Positions 25,425 to 35,521 of a stretch of 64,000 bases of DNA are shown in pieces; positions within the stretch are counted from its first letter, which is position 1, and each line of letters starts with the position of its first letter. The translations under genes and the position numbers were made by a program. Source of the DNA: Myxococcota bacterium (GTDB lineage Bacteria > Myxococcota_A > SURF-8); contig CAXXQS010000002.1 in the NCBI GenBank assembly GCA_963674735.2, forward strand, positions 288,001 through 352,000, given 5' to 3'. The notes under the pieces were generated by a model, which saw nothing but the letters and a program-made list of their open reading frames with translations, was not told the origin of the DNA and ran no database searches.

Positions 25425-26054
25425 CTAAAACGCCACCCCCACATAAGCGAAAATCTCTGGGGCGTGCATCTCACAGCCTAGATCGTCCCCGAGTTTAGCC
25501 GCCGGCACGCGCAGTTCGAACCCGCTTTTCAACGCCAGCCAGTCGAATAAATGATAGAGATAGGACGCATGGGTCGCCACGATCAGCTTGAAAAACTCTT
25601 CGCCGAACTTGGAGCAGGGCGCGTCCTGATAATCCCCCTCGGATTTCGACGGAAAGACCCCGACGCCCAAGCCCAGCCCCAGACGCACTTCGTGCCGATT
25701 CTCGACACCGAGCGGCACACGCAGACCCAGCTCCGTTCCACCTTGGCTCACGATATAGCCACCCCCCGGAAAATGCGTCACGCCATTGAGGATGTTCCAA
25801 TAGAAATACGAGTATTTGAGGGTGAAGAATTCGCCTCGAAGTACACCCCAGTAATTGCCGCCGCCCACGCCCAGCGCGGCCCATTCCACATCGAAGGCCA
25901 GTGGATCTCCCAAGTCGCCCTGGTTTGTTTCGGTGGCCGGGGCCTTTTCTTCAACCGCCGCCGCGTCATCTGTCACTGAGGGTTCATCGGCCGCCCAGGC
26001 GGGCAACGCCATCAGCCATACACAGAGAGAGAAAATCCACGTGATACGCATCAT
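25425..26054 (-). CDS. Exported hypothetical protein, possible small outer-membrane beta-barrel
   Basis: Signal peptide ending AWA, alternating beta-strand-like segments, C-terminal YVGVAF. Confidence 0.65.
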   Translation of the reverse strand: MMRITWIFSLCVWLMALPAWAADEPSVTDDAAAVEEKAPATETNQGDLGDPLAFDVEWAALGVGGGNYWGVLRGEFFTLKYSYFYWNILNGVTHFPGGGYIVSQGGTELGLRVPLGVENRHEVRLGLGLGVGVFPSKSEGDYQDAPCSKFGEEFFKLIVATHASYLYHLFDWLALKSGFELRVPAAKLGDDLGCEMHAPEIFAYVGVAF

Positions 26055-26194
26055 ATCGATTCCCGCCAAATCTATTAATTCATCACCCTAAGTATACATA
26101 TCCGCGAATAATTGGCAAGCGGGGGCACAAAAATACCCGCCGCAGCACGACGGGCTTTGCATGTCGGATTGGTCGCCGGTTGGGTGAAGCGCGC

Positions 26195-26374
26195 GGCGTT
26201 TCACGTCTAAACTTTACACCGTTTTCCACTCACTCTAATTCGGTTTGCGGGGTGCCATGGGCCAAGCCTTTGGCTTGCCCATGCTGTTTTCACGGGCAAA
26301 CCTGACGGTTTGGCCCGTGCCACCCATCATGAATCGATGATTATTCGAGACTCAATCAGAATTGAAACGCCCTA
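26195..26374. repeat. ~180-bp MITE/REPIN-like element, copy 1
   Basis: Similar to 57198-57375; termini GGCGTTTCA/TGAAACGCC; internal GGGTGCCA...GCCACCC double hairpin. Confidence 0.85.
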
Positions 26375-26390
26375 AGCGAAGCGCTCGGCG

Positions 26391-27611
26391 TCAGTCCAGC
26401 ACGATGGCACGCGCCAGAAGCTTCCACAAGTGCACCGACTCCCAGGAACGTTTGTAAGTACCGGCCAGATTGTGGATGCCGTCGTAGCAGTTCACACAGG
26501 GCGTGCACACCTGCTTGGCCCCGGTGCGGTCGATCTGCTCCACCTTGGTCTTGCCCGCGTAGGTGCGCGCGTTTTTGAAGCCCGAAATCAGCGCGCCGCC
26601 GCCACCGGTGCAACAATAGTTATCGGCCCGGTTGGGCGTCATCTCCACGAAGTGGGGGGCCACATGCTTGAGCACGAAACGCGCGTCCTCGTCGATGGCC
26701 TCGAAGCCGTGCACACTGGCTTTGCGCACGGCGTTGCAGGGATCGTGCAAGGTGACGAGTTCCTCGTTTTTCGAGGGATCGAGCTTGAAGCGCCCCTCGC
26801 GGATCCATTGGGCGTACAGCTTTACCACGTGGGTGACGGCGAACGGCGGGGTGATGCCGAAACGCTCGTAGCCCTGCAAGGTGGCGAAATAGCCGTGGCC
26901 GCATTCGGTATAGGCCATGCGCGGACAGCCCAGACGCTCCACTTCGGCCACCTGTTTGCGCAAGGTGGTTTCCCAGATTTCATCGTCCCCGGTGAACATG
27001 GCGTAGTTGGTGCCCTCCCACCACTTCTTGGACAGCGTCCAGCTCACCCCGGCGGCGTGGAAAATCTTGAAGATATCCTGCAGGTCGCCGGGATAATACA
27101 TGGGCAGCTTGGAATTGATGGTGACGAAAAACTCCGCCCCTTCCTTCTCGACCGGCGGCTCGAAACCCGGAATCGCTTCGGCCAGTTCCTCGGCCATCCA
27201 GTCCACCGTCTCCATCCAGTCGTCCGGTTCGAGCGCCATGTTGTTCGAAAATTGGAGATGCTGCTCGGCGGTTTTCTGGATCTGTCCGGGAGATTGGTCC
27301 TTGGGCACCAGGGAACGCGCCAGACTGACGATGGCGCTCAGGTCCACGCCCACCGGGCAATTGTAGGCGCAGCGTCCGCAGTTGGTGCAGTGCCAGATCC
27401 AGTCCTGCTCCACCAAACGTTCGCCTTGGCCGGTTTGCACCAGGCGCACCAGGCGGCGCGGGTCGAGCCGTTCCTCGCTCCAGTCGGCGATGGGACAGCC
27501 CGTCACACAGGCTCCGCAGGAGATGCAGCGGTCGCCCCCGGCTTCGGTCACGAGTTGCCGAAGTTTGCGGCGGGCGTCGAGTTTTTGCTTCTGATCCAGA
27601 TCCACCGGCAT
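26391..27611 (-). CDS. HdrD/GlpC-like Fe-S oxidoreductase (2x[4Fe-4S] plus CCG domains)
   Basis: CISCGACVTGCP, CTNCGRCAYNCP, ECGH, HDPC, CCTGGGG. Confidence 0.85.
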   Translation of the reverse strand: MPVDLDQKQKLDARRKLRQLVTEAGGDRCISCGACVTGCPIADWSEERLDPRRLVRLVQTGQGERLVEQDWIWHCTNCGRCAYNCPVGVDLSAIVSLARSLVPKDQSPGQIQKTAEQHLQFSNNMALEPDDWMETVDWMAEELAEAIPGFEPPVEKEGAEFFVTINSKLPMYYPGDLQDIFKIFHAAGVSWTLSKKWWEGTNYAMFTGDDEIWETTLRKQVAEVERLGCPRMAYTECGHGYFATLQGYERFGITPPFAVTHVVKLYAQWIREGRFKLDPSKNEELVTLHDPCNAVRKASVHGFEAIDEDARFVLKHVAPHFVEMTPNRADNYCCTGGGGALISGFKNARTYAGKTKVEQIDRTGAKQVCTPCVNCYDGIHNLAGTYKRSWESVHLWKLLARAIVLD

Positions 27612-27631
27612 AGTGATACCTCGTGTAACGG

Positions 27632-28909
27632 CTAGTGTTCGAGCATGGCGGCGTTGACGGCCGCGACACCGGTTGCAATGGAAATACCCGCGCCCGATTT
27701 CTCGCGCACCCAGTCGTGATGCGCCAGAACCGCTCCGGCGGCATGGCAATTGGCGAAAATCGGTTTCCCGTCCTGGCCCAACGGCCGCAATTGTCGATCC
27801 ACCTCGACGCCGACGCGGTTGAGGGCGTGCCCCGGCGCTCCGAGGAAGCTGGCCATGTGCCATTCATCGCGGGTGGGCGGAACCTCCAGATCGAGACCCA
27901 GAAGCGGTTCGCGCACGCCCGTCTGCGACGCCACCAGTCCGCCGCCGAAGAAACGTCCGGTGGCCAGAATGACGTCGTTGCAAACGATTTCCGTGTCCAG
28001 CGAGCGCCCGGCGCGCACGACGGCCTGAATGCGTCCCTCGCCGGTTTTAAGCGCTTTGATCGGCATGCCCTGGCGGTAGGCCGCGCCGCGGCTGAACAGA
28101 TCGTCGCGCAGCCAGTTGGCCAGGCGCATACCCGGCAAGGCAGGGGAAAGCAGCGGGATTTCGAACACCGAGACGCCCAAGCGGGTTTCGAGATCGTGCA
28201 CGATGTCCATCACGTTCACCATGCCCAATAGCGCGGGCAGGCCCAGATAGCGCGCCGAGCCGAGCTGCGGTTTCAGCTTTGCGGCGAAGGCGGCACGAAA
28301 GTCGGCTTTTTCGAACTCGGCGGCCAGATAGGAAACGGTCACGCGCCGGTCGTCGGCCAGAATCTCGCCGAGATCCAGGGTGGCGGCCACGAGACCCGGC
28401 CAGCGGTCCTGCATGTTTTCCACCACCTGGCGCGCGGAGAAGTCGGTCAGGCCCTTGATTCCCGCCACCAGCGTGGGGCGGCGTTCTTCCACGGCCTGGG
28501 CGTTGGCGGCCTGGCTTCCGGGAACGGCATAGGTCGGCTTGAGCGTACCCGCACCGGTCAGGATGGCCACGTTCTCATCGTTTTTAAACGCATAGGCCAG
28601 CGGGCTGTTTTTCAGATACTCGAAAAAATCCGCCAGGTTTTCGCGCACGCCCTTGAGCCCGACTTTTCCGTAGGGATGCTCGGGGTCGCGTTCGATCAGA
28701 TCGCCCAACACTTCCCAGGGATGCGATTGGACGAATTTGGTTTCGGTGGGGTAAACCGCCAAAACGTCGAGCGCACCCGAGGTATAGGGCAGGCTGCCCG
28801 GCGAAGCGGTGACGATTTCCACCGTGCGGTCGAGCTCCAGGGCGCGCCGCGCGGCGGCAAGTCCGGCCAGACCGCCCCCGATGATCAGCGTATCGCAAGT
28901 CGTCGTCAT
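27632..28909 (-). CDS. glpB: Anaerobic glycerol-3-phosphate dehydrogenase subunit B
   Basis: IIGGGLAG, SGALD, HPY, PGMRL, LATGRFFGGGL, SGAGISI. Confidence 0.9.
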   Translation of the reverse strand: MTTTCDTLIIGGGLAGLAAARRALELDRTVEIVTASPGSLPYTSGALDVLAVYPTETKFVQSHPWEVLGDLIERDPEHPYGKVGLKGVRENLADFFEYLKNSPLAYAFKNDENVAILTGAGTLKPTYAVPGSQAANAQAVEERRPTLVAGIKGLTDFSARQVVENMQDRWPGLVAATLDLGEILADDRRVTVSYLAAEFEKADFRAAFAAKLKPQLGSARYLGLPALLGMVNVMDIVHDLETRLGVSVFEIPLLSPALPGMRLANWLRDDLFSRGAAYRQGMPIKALKTGEGRIQAVVRAGRSLDTEIVCNDVILATGRFFGGGLVASQTGVREPLLGLDLEVPPTRDEWHMASFLGAPGHALNRVGVEVDRQLRPLGQDGKPIFANCHAAGAVLAHHDWVREKSGAGISIATGVAAVNAAMLEH

Positions 28910-28911
28910 GA

Positions 28912-30462
28912 TTACAAATTCCCGTCGATATTGAGAGTGCCGCAGTAAATGGCTTCCAAAAGCTGTTCCTGGCGCAACTGTTCGCCCCAGAGAACCGGTT
29001 TGGTCCCGTGCCAACGGCGTTCCAGAAAGTCCGTCAACATGCGCGTCCCCTGTTTCTGGCGCACGTAACCTTCGTCGTATAAAAAGCCCACGGTGCGGTA
29101 GCCGCAGAAGCCGCCCTGGCAGGAACCCATGCCGATGCGGGTGCGCAGGCGCAACGCGTTGGGGGTGATCTCCAGCCCTTCGGCATGCAGGCTCGCCGCC
29201 ACGTCGGCCACCTGTGCGCGGCCGACCATTTCACATTCGCACAGCACCTCGCCGCCCGGAGCGGGCGTTTGCAGGCGCACCAGCCGATCGGCGGCACTCA
29301 GGCTATGGCCGTCGCCGCTGCCGGGCAGGGGGTCGTGTTCGGTGCTGCAGGGCGTGCCCACGCCGAGGCGCGCCGCCACCAGATCGACCACCTTTTCAGC
29401 CATCAGGCGATAGGTGGTGAGCTTGCCGCCCGCGATGGTGGCGAAGTTGGCGAGGCCGTCCTTTTCGTGATCGAACACGGTATAACTGCGGCTGAGTGCC
29501 CGGTCGCCGGCGGCGGCATCGGTGAGCACCAGCGGTCGCACTCCGGCGTAAACGCGGATGTAGCGCGCGTCGCGCATGGCGGGCACGAGCTGGGTGGCTT
29601 CGTTCACCAGCAGATCGACCTCGGCGGCGTCGGTGTATAAATGATCGAGATTTTTCACGCGGATGGAGGTGGTACCGGTGATGGTAACCGTCTCGCCCGG
29701 CACGACGATATCGCCGTTGGAGGGCGGGCGCAGGCGATTGACCACATGGTTGACCAGCCGCGAGTTGGTGATCAACAAACTGCCTTTCGAGTAGGCGATG
29801 TTGATTTCGGCCCCGGCCAGCGCGGCGATCTGGTCCACCCAGGCTCCGGCGGCGCTGATAACCTGCTCGGTGGCGATGTCGATGCGCTCGCCGCTTTTGC
29901 GGTTCACCGCTTCGACGCTGACGATACGCCCGTTCTCGCGTCGCATGCCGACCACCTGCGTATGCAGCAACACACGCGCCCCGAGCGCCTTGGCGTGTTC
30001 GAGGTTCGCATCGGTGGCCATGAACGGATTGATCGAGGCGTCGCGCACGCGCAGGGCCGCTTTGATGCCCGGATTCAGATACGGTTCCTCCTCCAGCACG
30101 TCCTGCACGTCGGCGGACTCCACCGGCATGTCGATAGCGGCTGCGGAATTGAGGAATTGATCCACATAGGCGTCATCATCCTCGTCGAGGGCGACAAACA
30201 GGCCGTCGGTGGGCTCGATGACCGCCGAAGCCACGCGCCGCAAAATGGCGTTTTCGCGCAGGCATTCCGCCGCGCTTTCCGCGTCGTTGACCACGTAGCG
30301 GCCGCCGCTGTGCAACAGGCCGTGATTGGCGCCCGAGGCCCCGGCGTCGAAATCGCGCCGTTCGAGCAAGACGGCATCGATGCCGCGCAAGGCCAGATCG
30401 CGCAGCACACCCGCACCGGTCAGGCCGCCGCCGATTACCAAAACCTGCGTTTCAAGCTTCAT
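28912..30462 (-). CDS. glpA: Anaerobic glycerol-3-phosphate dehydrogenase subunit A
   Basis: NHGLLHSGGRY, AGVRPL, GGKLTTYRLMAE, CECE...RTRIGMGSCQGGFC. Confidence 0.95.
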   Translation of the reverse strand: MKLETQVLVIGGGLTGAGVLRDLALRGIDAVLLERRDFDAGASGANHGLLHSGGRYVVNDAESAAECLRENAILRRVASAVIEPTDGLFVALDEDDDAYVDQFLNSAAAIDMPVESADVQDVLEEEPYLNPGIKAALRVRDASINPFMATDANLEHAKALGARVLLHTQVVGMRRENGRIVSVEAVNRKSGERIDIATEQVISAAGAWVDQIAALAGAEINIAYSKGSLLITNSRLVNHVVNRLRPPSNGDIVVPGETVTITGTTSIRVKNLDHLYTDAAEVDLLVNEATQLVPAMRDARYIRVYAGVRPLVLTDAAAGDRALSRSYTVFDHEKDGLANFATIAGGKLTTYRLMAEKVVDLVAARLGVGTPCSTEHDPLPGSGDGHSLSAADRLVRLQTPAPGGEVLCECEMVGRAQVADVAASLHAEGLEITPNALRLRTRIGMGSCQGGFCGYRTVGFLYDEGYVRQKQGTRMLTDFLERRWHGTKPVLWGEQLRQEQLLEAIYCGTLNIDGNL

Positions 30463-31559
30463 CGGTTTTCGTCCTTGTGATCGCCTGCTCACCTGTTTCC
30501 CGCGGTCGCTCCGGCAATCAGCACGATATAGCTGGTGTGAGGCAGGCATTAGCGCCGGGCGGGGATGGACGTATCATCACGGTTCGGCAACCCACATTTC
30601 AGCAGCCGGTGCCCGTGGAAAGAGCCGATTTTGCTTACCACTTTCCAACGTCGGACGCAACCCCTTTCGTCATTATCTTGTTGCGCCGCGTCAGAAACCC
30701 GACCGTCGCCGCCTCGTCCGGGCTGCCGGATATGCGACGCGTTTTACGCGAGATGCGCCGTTTTCCCCTTTTTGCGCTCTTCCGGTTTTCAGACGCTATC
30801 ACCATCATTCCTATTAGATTACTATAGTTGCCGTACTATGTCACACCTATCCGCTGAATTTGTCCGAAGCCGAACGACCGAAGCCGCTCCGCCGTGCCTA
30901 CGATTCAAATCCGCCAAGCTTCTATCCGATGTATTATCAGTGACTTACCGATTGTCCGATCCTGGCGACAGTCGCTTTGGGGGGAGACCCAGCGACCCTA
31001 TTTTGGCTACAATTAGCTTCATTTTATATTATATTAAATATATTACATTGTATAGCTACTCTGACATTCGCGTAAGCAACACCCTATCTCTTTGAATTTA
31101 CACGGATTTTCGCGATTCCGCCCGATGCCGTTCACACAGACCGACGAGACGCGCACTGTTTGCCTGTTTTCGATGTGATATCAAGAAGATAGAAGTCAGG
31201 CACCGAACCGAGAGCGAAGGAAGTCACCCCGGCTGGAGCGCACCCGCTAAATAATTTTCCGTGGAATTATCACCTCTTACGGGTCTTCCGCCAACCACGG
31301 CGGCCGTTCGCTCCCCTCCGGCCTTTTTGCGCGTCTTACGCGTCTTACTTGCCTATTATTTGCCTCATTCCGAACCTTTTCGTTCAGTTCGCGAGATGAC
31401 ACCTACCCCCTTTTCGGAGTCCGCATCTGGAACATTGCCAAACTCGCCCGAATGGTGTTTAATATCGGCGTCGGTTGCAAGCCGATCGTCGAAACAAGCT
31501 CGGGGGATTTCGCGGGAACCGCCGCGAGGCATCGAATACGGTCGATCTGAAAACGGTCT

Positions 31560-33824
31560 ATGACTCAAGAAAGGTTCACCAGCATCATGTCCATCTCGAC
31601 CTCGGAAACGCGCGGCCACGGCTTCGGCACCGCCCCGGTGTTTTTGGCGGCCATCAGCACGATCTTGGGCGCGATTCTGTTTTTGCGTTTCGGCTATGCC
31701 GTAGGCCACGCGGGGATTCTGGGCGCGGCGCTGGTCGTGTTGATCGGCCACGCCATCACGCTGCCGACCGGCTTGGCGGTGGCCGAAATCGCCACCAATC
31801 TCAAGGTGGAAGGCGGCGGGGAGTACTACATCATCAGCCGCAGTTTCGGCTTGAAAATCGGCGCGGCCATCGGCATTGCCCTGTATCTTTCGCAGGCGGT
31901 TTCGGTGGCGTTTTACATGCTGGCCTTTTCCGAAGCCTTTCGACCCCTGTTTCCGATGTTCGAGCAATGGCTGGGGTTTTCTCCCGACCTGCGCCTGATC
32001 GGCATTCCCGCCACCATCCTTTTATTGATTCTTATTCTCACCAAAGGAGCCAATATCGGCGTCTCCATGCTGTGGGCGGTCGCCGTGATTCTGGCCATAT
32101 CGCTGCTGATGTTTTTCATGGGTGAGCCGCTTACCGCCCAACCGGAGTTGAACATTCTGGCGCGAGTGGAAAACGCCGACGGCTTTTTCTACGTCTTCGC
32201 CATCGTTTTTCCCGCCTTCACCGGCATGACCGCCGGAGTGGGATTATCGGGTGATCTGAAAAACCCGCGTCGCGCCATTCCTCTCGGCACCGTGGCCGCC
32301 ACGCTGTTCGGTATGGTCGTCTACCTGCTGGTCATCGTTAAAATGGGCCGCAGCGCCAGTCCGGCCGACCTCGCAGGCGACCCCTTCATCATGGGCAAAA
32401 TCGCCATCTGGGAACCCATCATCTACATCGGCCTGGGCGCCGCCACGCTGTCGTCTTCCATCGGCTCGATCCTGGTGGCGCCGCGCACCTTGCAGGCTTT
32501 GGCCGGCGACCGCGCCTTCGGCAACGCCGCCGTCAACGACGCACTGGCACGCGGCAAAGGCGCGTCCAACGAACCGCTCAACGCCACCCTGTTCACCGCC
32601 GTCATCGTTTTGGCCGTGGTATCGCTGGGCAACATCGACTTCGTGGCTCAGATCATCAGCCTGTTTTTCATGGTCACCTACGGCGCGCTTTGCTCCATCA
32701 GCTTTCTTCAGCACTTTTCCGGCAGCCCCTCCTATCGGCCCACCTTCCGCACCAAGTGGTATTTTTCCCTGGTGGGCGCGGTAGCCTGTCTGGTGATGAT
32801 GTACCTCATGCAGCCGTTGTACTCGGTGCTGGCGCTGTTTGTCATGGCCCTGATTTACCTGTGGATGAAACGGACCATGAGCGGCGACCGCGACCTTTCC
32901 ACGCTTTTGGCCGGGGTGCTGTCGCAGATCGTGCGCAATCTGCAACTGCTGCTTCAAAAACGCCATACCACCGACGACGCGGCCAACTGGCGTCCCAGCT
33001 TCATCGCCATCTCGGCGCAGTCGTTCAAACGCCTGGGGGCCTTTGACCTTCTGCGCTGGATTTCGCAATACCAAGGGTTCGGAAGCTATATTCACTATAT
33101 TGAAGGACCGCTCACCCGCGAAACCAACGAAGACGCCAAGGCGCTGCTTTCGCGGCTGATCGAACAAAGCCAGGCCAGCCGGGCGGGTATTTACGTCGAC
33201 ACCATCATCTCGCCCAGCTTCAAAACCGCCGTCGCCCAGATCGTGCAGATTCCCGGCATCTCCGGGATGGACAACAACAGCATTTTGTTCGACTACACGG
33301 CGGACGACAGCGAGAAAATCATCACCGACATCGTGCATGGCAGCCAGTTCGCGTCGGTGGCGGGTTTCAACGTCTGCGTGCTGCGTTCGTCCAAGCGTCA
33401 TTTCGGCTACAAGCGCCGCATCCACATCTGGTTCACCCCCGGTGATTACCGCAATGCCAACCTGATGATTCTGCTGGCCTACATCATCGTCGGCCACGAA
33501 GAATGGCACGACACCGAGATCAAAATTTTCGCAGCCTTCACGGAGGAGCGCCTGGAAAGCGGCGTGCAGCACCTCAACGATCTGATCGCCAAGGGGCGTC
33601 TGCCGATTTCGCCCAAGAACATCGAGCGTATCCCCATGCAGGACGACGGCGAATTCGAGTCGCTGGTCAATCGTCATTCGGAGAGCGCCGATCTGGTCGT
33701 CACCGGGTTATCGCTCGATAAAATGCACGAGGACGGCGGGGCTTTTCTCACCCGTTTCAACGCGGTGAACGACCTGTTGTTCGTGTGGGTGGGCCAGCGC
33801 ATTCTCATCGCCGACGAAAGCTAG
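31560..33824 (+). CDS. Cation-chloride cotransporter (SLC12-like amino acid permease family)
   Basis: ILGAILFLR, GGGEYYIISRS, FPAFTGMTAG.GLSGDLKNP, SYRPTF, NWRP and a soluble C-terminal domain. Confidence 0.9.
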   Translation: MTQERFTSIMSISTSETRGHGFGTAPVFLAAISTILGAILFLRFGYAVGHAGILGAALVVLIGHAITLPTGLAVAEIATNLKVEGGGEYYIISRSFGLKIGAAIGIALYLSQAVSVAFYMLAFSEAFRPLFPMFEQWLGFSPDLRLIGIPATILLLILILTKGANIGVSMLWAVAVILAISLLMFFMGEPLTAQPELNILARVENADGFFYVFAIVFPAFTGMTAGVGLSGDLKNPRRAIPLGTVAATLFGMVVYLLVIVKMGRSASPADLAGDPFIMGKIAIWEPIIYIGLGAATLSSSIGSILVAPRTLQALAGDRAFGNAAVNDALARGKGASNEPLNATLFTAVIVLAVVSLGNIDFVAQIISLFFMVTYGALCSISFLQHFSGSPSYRPTFRTKWYFSLVGAVACLVMMYLMQPLYSVLALFVMALIYLWMKRTMSGDRDLSTLLAGVLSQIVRNLQLLLQKRHTTDDAANWRPSFIAISAQSFKRLGAFDLLRWISQYQGFGSYIHYIEGPLTRETNEDAKALLSRLIEQSQASRAGIYVDTIISPSFKTAVAQIVQIPGISGMDNNSILFDYTADDSEKIITDIVHGSQFASVAGFNVCVLRSSKRHFGYKRRIHIWFTPGDYRNANLMILLAYIIVGHEEWHDTEIKIFAAFTEERLESGVQHLNDLIAKGRLPISPKNIERIPMQDDGEFESLVNRHSESADLVVTGLSLDKMHEDGGAFLTRFNAVNDLLFVWVGQRILIADES

Positions 33825-33904
33825 GAGCGTATCGAATGGACATCCTTCTCCTCTTTGCCCTCCCGGTTGGTTCAGGTCTCAGATAGTAGCGACTGTTATC
33901 GGTG

Positions 33905-34840
33905 TCAAGCGAAATTCGGGTTCCAGGCTTCGTTTTTCCGCATCATCGTGTTGAGAATGAGGACCAATTTTCGCATGCAGGCCACCACCGCCGTCATCTT
34001 CGGTTTGCCGCGTCCGACCAGCCGCTGGTAGTGTCCGCGAATCACCGGGTTGTGTTGAATCGCCACCAGCGTCGGCATGTAGAGCGCCGTGCGCAGGCGA
34101 TGACGACCGCCGCCGGTCATGCGTTTACCCCGAAACGTTCCGCTGTCCCGATTCATGGGCGCCACGCCGATCAACGCCGCGATCTGCCGCCGGTTGTAGA
34201 TCCCCAGCTCCGGCAGATCCGTCACCAGAAGATTCGCCGTGCACGCGCCGACGCCCGGCATCGTTTGGAGCCGCGCGGCCCGGTCGCTGCGCTCCCGATC
34301 CGATGCAATGGCCGCCGCGATGGCCCGATCCAGCCGCTCGATTTCCCGTTCGATCACCTCCAGAATGCGGTGCAGGCTTTGTCCGATCGTCCGATCGCCC
34401 ACGTGTTCGGTGCGGTTTTTCTCCATCGTGCGCATGGCGACCAGCTGCCGCCTCCGTGAAGACAGGGCTTTTAACAGGAGGGCGGTTTCGCCGAGCGTTT
34501 CGTTCGGTGCGGGACGCATGGCGGCTGCGTAGCGTGCGATGATGCCCGCATCGAGTCGATCCGTTTTCGCCATCACGCCGACGGCGCGGGCATAATCCCG
34601 GATGCGCCGGGGATTGACCACCGCCACCGGCCAACCCGCTTTCTGAAGACGTTTGCACAGCTCCCGTTCGTAGCCGCCGGTGGCTTCCATCACGACGCCC
34701 TCCACCTCGATCCGCTTCAACGAACGGACGAAGCGTGTCATGCCGGCTTTGGTGTAAGCGTAGCGGACGCACGTGCTTTCGCCGTCGACGGCGACATCGA
34801 AAACGGCTTTGCTGACGTCGATCCCGATCCATTTCTTCAT
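33905..34840 (-). CDS. IS110 DEDD recombinase/transposase
   Basis: Protein identical to 16772-17707. Confidence 0.97.
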   Translation of the reverse strand: MKKWIGIDVSKAVFDVAVDGESTCVRYAYTKAGMTRFVRSLKRIEVEGVVMEATGGYERELCKRLQKAGWPVAVVNPRRIRDYARAVGVMAKTDRLDAGIIARYAAAMRPAPNETLGETALLLKALSSRRRQLVAMRTMEKNRTEHVGDRTIGQSLHRILEVIEREIERLDRAIAAAIASDRERSDRAARLQTMPGVGACTANLLVTDLPELGIYNRRQIAALIGVAPMNRDSGTFRGKRMTGGGRHRLRTALYMPTLVAIQHNPVIRGHYQRLVGRGKPKMTAVVACMRKLVLILNTMMRKNEAWNPNFA

Positions 34841-34842
34841 GG

Positions 34843-35049
34843 CGCACCCTTCCTTGCCAATACGGGCTCATTTCGATTACAATGGCCCCTGCGACTGTTC
34901 GGGTTTTCCCGGACGAAACGGACGGCGGATCCGGCTACAAAACGGGCTCATCAGGCCCCAGGATGGGACGATCTCGCCGCCCACCACGGCCTCCCGCTTG
35001 CTACGGGAGGTCGTTTCATCTTATCATCACAAACGATGACAGTCGCTTG
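34843..35049 (-). ncRNA. Putative bridge RNA of IS110 copy 2
   Basis: Same sequence as 17710-17916. Confidence 0.85.
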
Positions 35050-35065
35050 AAAGGGATAATACAAG

Positions 35066-35520
35066 GATGGGCAACTTGTTGCCCATCGCGATGCCTAGAT
35101 GGAAGATCGAACAGAAAGTAGGTCGGACAGATTTTTGAGTGTTGGAGCGCGTCTGCGACGGGCTCCCGGCTTTGTTTTTTTCCTAATACAAGCAGGTCAG
35201 AGACCTGCTCGAACGGAAAGAGACCTGCTCGAACGGAAGGAGACCCCGTCTTCGCTTCTCCCGGAATCGTAACCTCACCCGCCCGCTTCGCGGACCCTCT
35301 CCCACAGGAGAGGGCAAACCCGCCGTTGGAGCGCGTCTCCCGACAGGCTCCAATCTTGAAAGAGGTGCCGTGTTGGCACGCATGAAGACGGGCAACAAGT
35401 TGCCCATCCTACTTCTTTTTGTATGGTTTTCTGTTTGCTTTCTTTATCGCGTTGACACGCTGGCTGGGACAATAGCGAAAGATTTTGTTTTGCTGGAGCG
35501 CGTTGCAGGCAGACTCCCGC
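35066..35520. repeat. Mosaic REP cluster (REP-A 35066 and 35387, partial REP-B 35118, TGGAG type 35143/35327/35494, 20-bp tandem 35200-35246, CCCTCTCC hairpin ~35295-35314)
   Basis: Direct comparison with the copies elsewhere in the window. Confidence 0.85.
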
Positions 35521-35521
35521 T

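Larger units (their letters stand above)
33888..35065 (-). mobile_element. IS110-family element, copy 2
   Basis: Same sequence as copy 1 (offset 17133); same GT[AG]...[AG]GATGGGCAAC junctions. Confidence 0.95.

Noticed and set aside
30463-31559. 1.1-kb gap with an AT-rich patch near 31010-31060; possible riboswitch or sRNA
   Set aside because: No recognisable RNA motif or credible ORF by eye; likely divergent promoter region; an Rfam scan would be needed
35200-35246. 20-bp tandem repeat as a mini-CRISPR
   Set aside because: Only about 2.3 adjacent units and no spacers
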